Of a stretch of DNA of 64,000 nt, positions 45,160 to 58,739 are shown one piece after another. The notes below the pieces were generated by a model. The model searched no databases. It saw nothing but the letters and a program-made list of their open reading frames with translations, and was not told where the DNA came from. A program made the position numbers and the translations under genes. Each line of letters starts with the position of its first letter. Position 1 is the stretch's first letter. Source of the stretch: Candidatus Spongiisociaceae bacterium (lineage in GTDB: Bacteria > Actinomycetota > Acidimicrobiia > Spongiisociales > Spongiisociaceae); assembly GCA_965219685.1 (NCBI GenBank), contig CBDCOH010000002.1, forward strand, positions 320,001-384,000, given 5' to 3'.

Positions 45160-45717
45160 ATCGCCAAGCTACGAGTGAACGACGAGATTCGCGCCACCGA
45201 GGTGAGGGTGGTTGCGCCCGACGGGTCCCAAGTCGGGGTCAAGCCTCTCAGAGAGGCCAAGTGGTTAGCCGACCAGTTGGGCCTTGACCTGGTCGAGGTG
45301 GCGCCCGGGGCCAAACCGCCCGTGGCCCGGCTGATGGACTACGGGAAGTACAAGTACGAGCAGTCCGTCAAGGAGCGTGAGGCACGCAAGAAGCAGTCGC
45401 GCAGCACCGTCAAGGAAATCTCGTTCCGGGTCAAGATCGGGAACCACGACTACCTGATCAAGCGGAACCGGGCGAAGCGATTCCTCGAAAACGGAGATCG
45501 GGTGCGGGTTAGGGTCTGGCTTCGAGGTCGGGAAGCCACCCGCCCGCAGCTCGGTCTCGCCATCCTCAATCGGCTCAGTGAAGACCTCGAGGAGGTGGCG
45601 AAGATCGAGCAGGATCCCAAGATCGAAGGTCGGAACATGACCATGGCGTTCGCGCCGCTCAAGAGGCCGACCCGGCGCTCCACTGACGGAAACTCGGGTA
45701 GCAAGTACGAGGTTTAG
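45160..45717 (+). CDS. infC: Translation initiation factor IF-3 (ATC start)
   Basis: RVNDEIR..EVR, LDLVEVAP.A.PPV.R.MDYGKYKY and EGRNM. AAGGAG SD 6 nt before an in-frame ATC. Confidence 0.95.
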   Translation: MAKLRVNDEIRATEVRVVAPDGSQVGVKPLREAKWLADQLGLDLVEVAPGAKPPVARLMDYGKYKYEQSVKEREARKKQSRSTVKEISFRVKIGNHDYLIKRNRAKRFLENGDRVRVRVWLRGREATRPQLGLAILNRLSEDLEEVAKIEQDPKIEGRNMTMAFAPLKRPTRRSTDGNSGSKYEV

Positions 45718-45725
45718 GACAGAAC

Positions 45726-45920
45726 ATGCCGAAGATGAAGACACACAAGGGCACCGCCAAGCGCATCAAGGTGACCGGCTCAGGCCGCCTGAGAAGGCGT
45801 CAGTCACACCGCGGGCATCTCCGCCTGGCCAAAGGGAAGGACAGCTACCGGCGGCTCAAGGGGGAGGCGGATCTCGCAAAGGGCGATGAGAAGCGGGCCA
45901 AGCGCCTGCTCGGGATGTAG
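45726..45920 (+). CDS. rpmI: 50S ribosomal protein L35
   Basis: MPKMKTHKG.AKR.K.TGSG. Confidence 0.96.
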   Translation: MPKMKTHKGTAKRIKVTGSGRLRRRQSHRGHLRLAKGKDSYRRLKGEADLAKGDEKRAKRLLGM

Positions 45921-45932
45921 AGGCAGGCCGCT

Positions 45933-46289
45933 ATGGCACGTGTAAAGCGTTCTTCGAATTCCCGCTCCAGGCACCGCAAGGTGCTGGGAAGAGCCAAGGG
46001 GTACCGCGGCGCCAAGAGCCGGAGCTACCGGGCCGCGAACGAACAGGTGATGAAGTCCATGCAGTACGCGTACCGGGATCGCCGGGCGCGCAAGGGCGAG
46101 TTCCGGCGGCTCTGGATCACCCGTATAAACGCGGCCGCCCGGGAGAACGGCACGACCTATTCGAGGTTGATCGCCGGACTCAAGGCGGTGGACTTCCAAG
46201 TGGATCGCAAGATGCTGGCCGATATCGCGGTTAACGACCCCGACACCTTCCGGCAGATCGTCGAGATGGCCGGCGCCGATCAGGCGTGA
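45933..46289 (+). CDS. rplT: 50S ribosomal protein L20
   Basis: MARVKR, AKGYRG, YAYRDRR.RK..FR.LWI.RINAA and DRK.LA. Confidence 0.97.
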   Translation: MARVKRSSNSRSRHRKVLGRAKGYRGAKSRSYRAANEQVMKSMQYAYRDRRARKGEFRRLWITRINAAARENGTTYSRLIAGLKAVDFQVDRKMLADIAVNDPDTFRQIVEMAGADQA

Positions 46290-46333
46290 GCGCGGGTCAG
46301 CGGCGACCGCAGTCCGCAGGCCTTGGTGGGTCG

Positions 46334-47353
46334 ATGGATCTCCGGCGCATCGCTCGGATCGTCGATACGGCGCTGGAACGGATTGCCGGGGCGTCGGACC
46401 TTTCCGAGCTGTCGGTCATCGACACGGAGGTGGTCGGGCGCAGGTCCCAGATCAGCATGGCGAGGCGGGGCATCGGTGCGCTCGATCCGAGCCGCCGGAA
46501 GGATGCCGGTCGGGCAATCAACCAGGCGATCCAATCTCTCAAGGAGGCAATCGAGCAGCGGAGGGTCACCCTTGAGATCGAGGCGGAGGATCTCCTGCTC
46601 GAGCAGGATCGGGTGGATGTGACCCTGCCCTACGGCCGCCCGGCCAGAGGCACCCACCATTTGCTGACCGTCACCATGAACGAGGTTTGCGACATCTTCC
46701 GTTGCATCGGCTACCAGGTGGCAGAGGGACCGGAACTGGAGTTGGCCTGGTACAACTTCGATGCTCTGAACACACCGCCCACCCACCCGTCCCGTTTCGA
46801 ATCCGACACGATGTACGTGGAGTCTGCCGATGCTGAGACGCGCAGCGGTGCCGATGAGTTGCTCCTGCGCACGCAGACCTCACCGATGCAGGCTCGTTTC
46901 ATGGAGAAGCATCCCCCTCCTGTCTACGTGGTGGTGCCCGGGAGGGTGTTCCGCACCGACACCTGGGATGCCACTCACTCTCCGGTTTTCCACCAGATCG
47001 AGGGTCTAGCCGTCGATTCGGATATCACGTTCGGAGACCTCAAGGGAACGCTGGCCTACTTCGCCAAGGAGTTCTTCGGCGAGCAGACCCGTACCCGGTT
47101 CGTCCCGCACTTCTTTCCTTTCACGGAGCCATCGGCGGAAATGCTGGTCTGGTTCAACGGGGAGTGGTTGGAGATGCTCGGCTGCGGGATGGTCGATCCG
47201 AACGTGTTCGAGGCGGTGGGCTACGACCCTGCCGAGGTCACCGGGTTCGCCTTCGGGATGGGGGTGGAACGCCTGGCGATGGTCAAGCACTCCATCCGCG
47301 ACATCCGGCACTTTTACGAGAACGATCTGCGAGTGCTCGGGCAGTTCCGATGA
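46334..47353 (+). CDS. pheS: Phenylalanine--tRNA ligase alpha subunit
   Basis: NFDALN.P..HP.R, LLRTQTSP.Q, FHQIEGL, FPFTEPS and GFAFG.G.ER. Alternative start at 46286. Confidence 0.96.
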   Translation: MDLRRIARIVDTALERIAGASDLSELSVIDTEVVGRRSQISMARRGIGALDPSRRKDAGRAINQAIQSLKEAIEQRRVTLEIEAEDLLLEQDRVDVTLPYGRPARGTHHLLTVTMNEVCDIFRCIGYQVAEGPELELAWYNFDALNTPPTHPSRFESDTMYVESADAETRSGADELLLRTQTSPMQARFMEKHPPPVYVVVPGRVFRTDTWDATHSPVFHQIEGLAVDSDITFGDLKGTLAYFAKEFFGEQTRTRFVPHFFPFTEPSAEMLVWFNGEWLEMLGCGMVDPNVFEAVGYDPAEVTGFAFGMGVERLAMVKHSIRDIRHFYENDLRVLGQFR

Positions 47354-47393
47354 CGAGTCCACGCCTACCGGGCAGGATGGGAGCCGGCTCCGG

Positions 47394-49790
47394 ATGAAGG
47401 TCCCGATCGGCTGGCTGTCCGACTTTCTCGATCTACCCACCAGGGATCCGCACGAACTCGAGCGGATACTGGTCTCGCTCGGTCACGAGGTTGAGTCCAT
47501 CGAGGAGTTCGTCCCCTCTTTCGAAGGTGTGATAGTCGGCCAGGTCGAAGAGGTGGGGCCTCACCCGGCGGCCGACCGCATCCGATTCTGCCGCGTTTAC
47601 GACGGCTCTCTGACCCGCGACGTGGTGTGCGGCGCCTGGAACTTCGAAGCGGGGGCCGTGATCGCATACGCTCGGGTGGGATCCCGCCTCGGCATCGACG
47701 AGGAGCGTCCTGTGGAGGTCGGCAGCCGAGCGATCCGGGGGGTCGTGTCCCACGGCATGATCGCCTCCGCGAGAGAACTGGGGTTGGGCGACGACCACGA
47801 GGGCATCCTGGTTCTCGACGAACTCGGCGCCGCCGGACCGGAGGACGTCGGGAGACCCTTGGAGGAGGTCCTGGAACTCTCGGACGTGGTGCTCGACGTG
47901 AGCATCACTCCGAACCGGGCCGACTGTATGGGGATCAGGGGGCTGGCCCGCGAGCTGGCCGCCTACTGGCAGATTCCCCTCCGGGATGTGAGTCCCGCTG
48001 CGACCCCGGGCCGTAGCGACGCGGACTTCGACGTGTCCATCGAGGATGCGGAGGCCTGCCCGCGATTCGTCGCTCACCAGATCGACGGTGTCAAGGTGGG
48101 TCCCTCACCCCTCTGGATGCAGTTGCGCCTCCTGGCGATCGGGCAGCGTCCGATCTCCAACGTGGTCGATGTCTCCAACTACGTGATGTGGGAGTTGGGC
48201 CACCCGATCCACACCTTCGACGCGGATGCGATCACCGACCGCCACATCATCATCCGGCGGGCCACTGACGGCGAGACCCTGGAAACGCTTGATGGCGCGG
48301 AGCGCACGCTGGTGCAGGGTGACATCCTCGTAACGGACCCGTCGGGTCCGATCGCTCTCGCGGGAGTCATGGGCGGAGCATCGACCGAGGTCTCGGGCGA
48401 GACCACCAACATCCTCGTGGAAGCGGCCAACTGGCATCCTCCCTCCATCCTCTTCACCTCCCACAGGCTCGGCCTCCGTAGCGAGGCCTCGTCCCGGTTC
48501 GAACGAGGTGTGGATCCCAATCTGTCCGCCCTGGCCAACGCCCGGACCGTGGAGTTGATAGTTGCTACCGCCGGGGGTGTTCCGAGGGCTCGGGTGGTGG
48601 ACGCCTACCCCGCTCGCGTCGCTCCGTGGGGAATCCCGCTCACCGCCGGGGATGTGACACGCCTGCTCGGACCTCATCCCTCCTTCGGGGAAGGGCTTGC
48701 CTTGCTACACCGTTTGGGCTTCGGGGTGATCCGGAACGGTGGCAGCGCAGAGGTGACCGTCCCCACGTTCCGTTCCGACGTGACCCGCCCGGCCGACCTG
48801 GCGGAGGAGATCGCCCGCCTCCACGGTTACGACCGTTACCCGGACCTTGTCCGCCACGGTACGAGCGGGAAGCTCACCCCCGTCCAGAGTGCGACCCGTC
48901 GTCTCCGGGAGGTGCTGGTGGGAGCCGGGCTCACCGAAGCGCAGACGCTGAGCTTCCTCGGACAGGCCGATCTCGACGCCCTGCGCCTGCCCGACGACGA
49001 TCCGCGACGGGTCGGCTTGCGCGTGAAGAACCCTTTGCGCGAGGAGGAGGCGATCCTGCGCACGACGCTGCTTCCCGGTCTCGTTGCCGCTGCGGCGCGC
49101 AACGTTGCCCGGGGGGTCAAGGGGGTCCGCCTGTTCGAAACCGGACGGGTGTTCCATCCCTATCCGGATCGGGATGATCCGCGCATACCTCACCAGCCGA
49201 TGCGCCTGGGGATCACGCTGGCCGGGGGTGGCGTGGACGTGTTTGCCGGAACAGGTCTCATAGACCTGCTGGTCCGTGTCACCGGGCATCGTCTGGAGGT
49301 CGTGCAGGATCGGCTGCCCGTCCTCCACCCGGGCAGGGGGGCAACCGTCGTCCGTGATGGATCACCGATCGGAATGGTTGGCGAACTGCACCCCGGGCTG
49401 GCACGGCGGTTCGGGCTGGACGGCCGGGTGGTGGTGGCCGAGTTGGAACTGGATCCGCTCGTATCGGTGGCGGAGGACTGGAAGTTGGACGAGGTGTCGG
49501 CCTACCCGCCACTCGTGTTCGACCTCGCATTCGTGACACGGGAGGAGACACCGGCGGCTCGGCTTCTCGACACGGTGCAGGCGAGCGCGGGCCGGCACCT
49601 GGAGCGGTTGGAGTTGTTCGACGAGTTCCGCGGGGGGGCAATCCCGGCAGGACACCGGAGCTTGGCGGTGCGGGTGATCCTGCGGGCCATGGACCACACC
49701 CTCTCCGATGAGGAGGCGCGCCCGATCCTCAGACGTATCGTGGCCGAGGTCTCGAGTGAACTCGGCGCCGTGCTTCGAGGAAGCACATGA
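47394..49790 (+). CDS. pheT: Phenylalanine--tRNA ligase beta subunit
   Basis: HP.AD, VVCGA.N, ITPNR.DC, SEAS.RFERGVD, EEIAR..GYD and an FDX-ACB C-terminus. Confidence 0.96.
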   Translation: MKVPIGWLSDFLDLPTRDPHELERILVSLGHEVESIEEFVPSFEGVIVGQVEEVGPHPAADRIRFCRVYDGSLTRDVVCGAWNFEAGAVIAYARVGSRLGIDEERPVEVGSRAIRGVVSHGMIASARELGLGDDHEGILVLDELGAAGPEDVGRPLEEVLELSDVVLDVSITPNRADCMGIRGLARELAAYWQIPLRDVSPAATPGRSDADFDVSIEDAEACPRFVAHQIDGVKVGPSPLWMQLRLLAIGQRPISNVVDVSNYVMWELGHPIHTFDADAITDRHIIIRRATDGETLETLDGAERTLVQGDILVTDPSGPIALAGVMGGASTEVSGETTNILVEAANWHPPSILFTSHRLGLRSEASSRFERGVDPNLSALANARTVELIVATAGGVPRARVVDAYPARVAPWGIPLTAGDVTRLLGPHPSFGEGLALLHRLGFGVIRNGGSAEVTVPTFRSDVTRPADLAEEIARLHGYDRYPDLVRHGTSGKLTPVQSATRRLREVLVGAGLTEAQTLSFLGQADLDALRLPDDDPRRVGLRVKNPLREEEAILRTTLLPGLVAAAARNVARGVKGVRLFETGRVFHPYPDRDDPRIPHQPMRLGITLAGGGVDVFAGTGLIDLLVRVTGHRLEVVQDRLPVLHPGRGATVVRDGSPIGMVGELHPGLARRFGLDGRVVVAELELDPLVSVAEDWKLDEVSAYPPLVFDLAFVTREETPAARLLDTVQASAGRHLERLELFDEFRGGAIPAGHRSLAVRVILRAMDHTLSDEEARPILRRIVAEVSSELGAVLRGST

Positions 49791-50671
49791 ACGATTTCCT
49801 CGGGATGCTGGACACCGGTGCGGACGTTCTCGCCCGTCTGGTGGACGCGGCGTCGCGGATCAAACAGGATCGGCGCCTGCATCGGACGGCCCTGGCCGGA
49901 AGGCGCATAGGGCTGTTCTTCGAGAAGCCATCGACACGGACCCGCGTTTCCAGCGAGGTCGCCGCGGTCGAAATGGGCGCCTTCCCGGTTGTCCTGGGTC
50001 AGCAGGAGGTGGGGCTGGGCACGCGCGAGGCGGTACGGGATGTGGCGCGGGTTCTGGACCGCTACCTTGATCTGCTGGCGCTGCGGGTGTCCGACCACGC
50101 GGTCCTGGTCGAGATAGCCCAGTATGCACATGCTCCGGTCGTGAACCTCCTGTCCGACCTGGAGCATCCGTGCCAAGCGGTTGCCGATCTGCAGACCATC
50201 GCCGAGCATCGCCCCCTGGACGAGGTAGTGGTAGCCTATGTGGGGGACGGCAACAATGTTTGCCATAGCCTCATGGCCGGGGTGGCAATGCTCGGAGGAG
50301 ACATGAGGGTGGTGTGCCCTCCCGGGTTCGAGCCGCAGGAGCAGTTCATCAGGCGCGGAGGGGACAGGTTGACGGTGTCGTCCGATCCCGGAGCTGTTGA
50401 GGGCGCCGACGTGGTCTACACGGACGTCTGGGCTTCCATGGGCCAGGAGTCCGAGGCGCGGGAGCGGGCAGAGGCCTTCGCCGCCTACCGGGTGGACCGG
50501 GCGATGTTCGGGCTGGCCCGGGCCGACGCCATCTTCCTCCACTGCCTCCCGGCCCACCGCGGGGAGGAGGTCACGGACGAGGTGATCGATCATCCCGGAT
50601 CCCGGGTCTTCGACCAAGCGGAGAACCGCCTCCACGCGATGAAGGCGATCCTGCTCGAACTCCTGGGTTGA
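49787..50671 (+). CDS. argF: Ornithine carbamoyltransferase
   Basis: FEKPSTRTR.S, HPCQ..AD, YTDVW.SMG, HCLPA.RG.E and AENR.H. Confidence 0.95.
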   Translation: MNDFLGMLDTGADVLARLVDAASRIKQDRRLHRTALAGRRIGLFFEKPSTRTRVSSEVAAVEMGAFPVVLGQQEVGLGTREAVRDVARVLDRYLDLLALRVSDHAVLVEIAQYAHAPVVNLLSDLEHPCQAVADLQTIAEHRPLDEVVVAYVGDGNNVCHSLMAGVAMLGGDMRVVCPPGFEPQEQFIRRGGDRLTVSSDPGAVEGADVVYTDVWASMGQESEARERAEAFAAYRVDRAMFGLARADAIFLHCLPAHRGEEVTDEVIDHPGSRVFDQAENRLHAMKAILLELLG

Positions 50672-51213
50672 TGGCGCCCGACCTGTCGGGCCCGGTCGAG
50701 ATCGTGGCCCGCCGGCTCCTCGGTCATCGTATCGTCACCGAGTTCGAAGACCGCACGGTGGTCGTGATAGACGAGGTCGAGGCCTACGGGGGCGTGGACG
50801 ATCCCGCCTCACATGCGTACCGCGGACCAACGGCCCGCAACTCCTCGATGTTCGGTCCTGCGGGCACCCTGTACGTATACCGGTCGTACGGGATCCATTG
50901 GTGCGCAAATGTGGCCACGGGACCGGGCGGCCAGGGGCAAGCGGTCCTGATCAGGGGAGGGAAGGTTGTCGAAGGCGAGCCGACCGTCGTCCGGCGCCGC
51001 GGCCGCACCGACCATCTGGCGGACGGTCCCGGCAAACTCACTCAGGCCCTCGGAATCACCGGAGACCACGACGGGACTTCGTTCTTCGGCGGACCCGTGC
51101 GACTCGAGCCGGGCCTCGTGCCGGATCCTGCGGCGATACGTGCCACACCCCGGGTTGGCATCACGCGCGAAGTCGAGCGTCTGTGGAGGTTTGTGGTGGT
51201 TGGAGATTGGTGA
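50671..51213 (+). CDS. mpg: DNA-3-methyladenine glycosylase (MPG family)
   Basis: EVEAY.G..DPASH, YVYRSYG.HWC.N, AVLIR, GPGKL..ALGI and RVGI. Confidence 0.93.
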   Translation: MAPDLSGPVEIVARRLLGHRIVTEFEDRTVVVIDEVEAYGGVDDPASHAYRGPTARNSSMFGPAGTLYVYRSYGIHWCANVATGPGGQGQAVLIRGGKVVEGEPTVVRRRGRTDHLADGPGKLTQALGITGDHDGTSFFGGPVRLEPGLVPDPAAIRATPRVGITREVERLWRFVVVGDW

Positions 51214-51245
51214 ATGGTGGCTGGTAGAAGCTGGTGGCTGGGGCA
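51194..51245 (+). repeat. Degenerate G/T-rich heptamer array at the mpg stop (no cargo gene)
   Basis: TGGTGGT TGGAGAT TGGTGAA TGGTGGC TGGTAGA ... TGGTGGC TGGGGCA. Contains the mpg TGA. Confidence 0.7.
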
Positions 51246-51271
51246 CTCGAAGCCGAAGCTAATCTGAACCT

Positions 51272-52486
51272 ATGGTTGCCAGGAAGTCTATGAGTCCGGA
51301 ACAGCAGGCGGAGATCCTCCTCCGAGACGTCGACACGTTCCTGCCCAGAGACGAGCTTGCGGCGCGGATCGCCGAAGGCCGGCCGCTGCGCGTCAAGTTA
51401 GGTCTTGACCCGACCGCCCCTTCCGTGACGCTGGGCTGGGCGGTCGTCCTGCGCAAGCTGCGCCAGTTCCAGGACCTGGGCCACGTGGCCGTCTTGATCG
51501 TGGGGGACTTCACCACCCAAGTGGGTGACCCCAGCGGACAGTCAGAGACCCGCAAGCCCCTATCGGCAGAGGAGGTCGACCGTCATGCGCGGGCGGTTCT
51601 CAAGCACTTCGGTCGGATCCTCTCACCGGACAACCTTGAGATCAGGCGTAACTCCGAGTGGCTCCGCCCGTTGGATATGGGTGACGTTCTGAAGCTGACC
51701 GCCGCGTCCACCCTCGCTCAGATGCTGGAGCGGGACGACTTCGCCAAGCGCTTCTCTGAGCGGCGACCCATATCCATGATGGAGTTCATCTACCCGCTTC
51801 TCCAGGGTTACGACTCGGTCGCGGTCGAGGCGGATGTAGAACTCGGTGGGAGCGACCAGCTCTTCAACCTGGTCATGGGACGCCAGATCCAGCAACGTTA
51901 CGGTCAGCGGGCACAGATGGCTCTCACCATGCCGCTGCTCGTAGGGACCGACGGGCACAAGAAGATGTCCCAGTCGGTCGGCAACTATATCGGGATCGAC
52001 GACCCGCCTAACGAGATGTTCGGCAAGACCATGAGTATCCCTGATGCGGTCATGCCCCAGTGGTTCACCCTCGCCTCCGGTCTCGAGTGGGAGGAGATCC
52101 GTGGTGTCGTCTCGGATCTCGGCGCCGACCGTATCCATCCTGGCAGGGCAAAGCGTCGCCTAGCGCGCTCAGTCGTTGATCTCTACCACGGTGCCGGGGC
52201 CGGAGCAGAGGCCGAACTCGCCTTCGACCGCCAGTTCAAGTTACGGCGCGCGCCCGACGAAATGGCCGTCCATCCCCTCGGGAGCAACGATCCGGTATAC
52301 GTCCCACGACTGCTGGCAGACAGCGGCCTGGTGGCATCCAACAGCGAGGGTCGGCGGATGCTGACCCAGGGGGCGGTTCGCATTGATGGAAGCAGGGTGA
52401 CCGCGGACACCCTTGCGAAGGGAGAGTTGGGGGGCGTCGTGTTGTCCGTGGGCAAGCGACGCTTCGTCAGGTTGGTCGACCGGTAG
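51272..52486 (+). CDS. tyrS: Tyrosine--tRNA ligase
   Basis: KLGLDPTAP, GDPSG, YPLLQGYDS, GGSDQ.FN, KMSQS and an S4 domain. Confidence 0.97.
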   Translation: MVARKSMSPEQQAEILLRDVDTFLPRDELAARIAEGRPLRVKLGLDPTAPSVTLGWAVVLRKLRQFQDLGHVAVLIVGDFTTQVGDPSGQSETRKPLSAEEVDRHARAVLKHFGRILSPDNLEIRRNSEWLRPLDMGDVLKLTAASTLAQMLERDDFAKRFSERRPISMMEFIYPLLQGYDSVAVEADVELGGSDQLFNLVMGRQIQQRYGQRAQMALTMPLLVGTDGHKKMSQSVGNYIGIDDPPNEMFGKTMSIPDAVMPQWFTLASGLEWEEIRGVVSDLGADRIHPGRAKRRLARSVVDLYHGAGAGAEAELAFDRQFKLRRAPDEMAVHPLGSNDPVYVPRLLADSGLVASNSEGRRMLTQGAVRIDGSRVTADTLAKGELGGVVLSVGKRRFVRLVDR

Positions 52487-52535
52487 CGGTCTCGAACCTG
52501 TTGCTAATCGGGCGCCGTCCACGACTCGCCGAAGA

Positions 52536-52745
52536 TCACTCGTCTCCCCATGCTTGGGCTTGGTCCCAGAACGGGTCAGGCTGCTCGCGGTTGCGCCGGT
52601 ACGCTTCCCGGTCGGACCGGGCCGAGGCGTCGCGGACCGCTGCCCTGACGCCGGCCCGCGCCGCTGCCGAGATGTTGATGCCGAGGCGACGGGCCTGCTC
52701 TGCCAGGTCGTCGTCCAGGATAAAGGTCGTTCGGGTGGCAGCCAT
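52536..52745 (-). CDS. Orphan antitoxin (CcdA/MazE-like, 69 aa)
   Basis: TRTTFILDDDL...ARRLGINISAAAR...V. TAGCAT -10 lies 6 nt before the ATG. No full toxin follows. Confidence 0.75.
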   Translation of the reverse strand: MAATRTTFILDDDLAEQARRLGINISAAARAGVRAAVRDASARSDREAYRRNREQPDPFWDQAQAWGDE

Positions 52746-52843
52746 TTCCACATGCTATTGCCCTGTGATGCACCCCGGCACACGGTACGGAACAGGCGGC
52801 CGAGGACCTACCCCAAAGGGACCGACCACACTGCCGCCCCGCC

Positions 52844-52880
52844 ACCGACACCTGACACCTGGGACCTGAGACCTGACACC
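52844..52880 (+). repeat. C/A-rich heptamer array of CCTGACA-type units x5
   Basis: ACCGACA CCTGACA CCTGGGA CCTGAGA CCTGACA, upstream of the rrn promoter. Confidence 0.85.
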
Positions 52881-52910
52881 AAATCCGTGTGGCCACGGGC
52901 CCGCAGAACC

Positions 52911-52919
52911 TGCTATAGT
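52911..52919 (+). promoter_or_regulatory. rrn promoter, extended -10
   Basis: TGCTATAGT (TGnTAnnnT) about 420 nt upstream of the 16S gene. Confidence 0.65.
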
Positions 52920-53041
52920 TATGCGGCTAGCTGCTTTAGCTTCCCCTCCGGCCTTACGGCCGGTCGCAGTTCCACCTGTTGGCGAGATCCGTGAACCGGT
53001 CGGGTAGTGGAGCGGCAGACCGCAGGAAACTGCAGGTCGGG

Positions 53042-53055
53042 GCTCCTTGACAACT
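53042..53055 (+). promoter_or_regulatory. rrn leader boxA antitermination site
   Basis: GCTCCTTGACAACT, with a second copy GCTCTTTGAGAACT in the ITS (about 55166-55179). Confidence 0.75.
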
Positions 53056-53339
53056 GAACAGCGTGTCAAAAGCCGAATGTCCATTCCGGGCCGCTCGGCG
53101 CCACGTTCCGGGATCCTTCCGAGGAACCAGGTTCGTGCACATCCAAGCGGTCGATGGGAATGTACTCCCGGTCGCCGCCACCAACGGCGACCAGGGATCG
53201 AACCGATGGATCGGGGAGTCCGTCTGCGCCTGACGGCGCCGGCGCCGCCGATCCGAAGAACCATGACAGAATTCAGTCCGGGATTCGTTCCGTCCGGCCC
53301 ACCCGGTCCGGGCTGACCGTTCTCTCGGTCGAAGAACTG

Positions 53340-54869
<1,530 letters not shown>

Positions 54870-55213
54870 TAAGGAGTACAAAGGGACCGAGGAGGGTGCC
54901 CTTCCGATTGGGGAAGAGTGCTCCTTCTCATCGGATGTCCCGAAGTCCGGGGTTCACGACAACCCCGGGGGAGTTTCCGGTCATAGCACCGGGAGCACCA
55001 CTCTTAGTTGATCGTTCGGTTACTCGGCCTTGTCCACTGTTTCGAGAGGTTGAGCGCTTACCTGCGGGTAATGCAGTCTCCCTCTGGGATAGGGGTCAAG
55101 GTCGGACACGCTGTTTAGTCGTGAAGGAGTCCCTTCTAACCACCAATGCGTGTGGTGGGACCCCGGCTCTTTGAGAACTGCATAGCGAGCATGAATTGTC
55201 TTGAATTCTCTAT

Positions 55214-58311
<3,098 letters not shown>

Positions 58312-58400
58312 TTCGCGGATTCAGGCGTTCATGCTCGCTATGGAGTGCTCAAGGGCACGACTCGCCGGGAGGCGGGTTTTCGACAATCTGGAAAACGCTG

Positions 58401-58517
<117 letters not shown>

Positions 58518-58528
58518 ACGATCGTAAC

Positions 58529-58565
58529 GGGCCGTCCGGGTGCACCGGGCGGCCCGATTCGTTTG
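58529..58565 (+). terminator. Probable rrn terminator hairpin
   Basis: GGGCCGTCCGG...CCGGGCGGCCC followed by ATTCGTTT. Confidence 0.6.
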
Positions 58566-58739
58566 CGAGGGCGGCACTTCCCCGTGCGGCCTACGTTTGA
58601 CCGGAGGGTGTCGGCTACAATGCCCACGACCGGATCGAGAACGCACTAGAGGAATCGATTACGCGCAGCGGGGTATGGCGCTCGGGCATGGTTCGGTCGC
58701 GCGGCGCAGATCGAGATTGAGACCGCGGAGGTCGCGATC

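Noticed and set aside
52492-52507. LexA box starting TCGAAC after tyrS
   Set aside because: The second half-site (GTTCGA) is missing.
54870-55213. tRNA genes in the 16S-23S spacer
   Set aside because: No cloverleaf or T-loop signature found. A tRNA-less ITS is normal for Actinomycetota.
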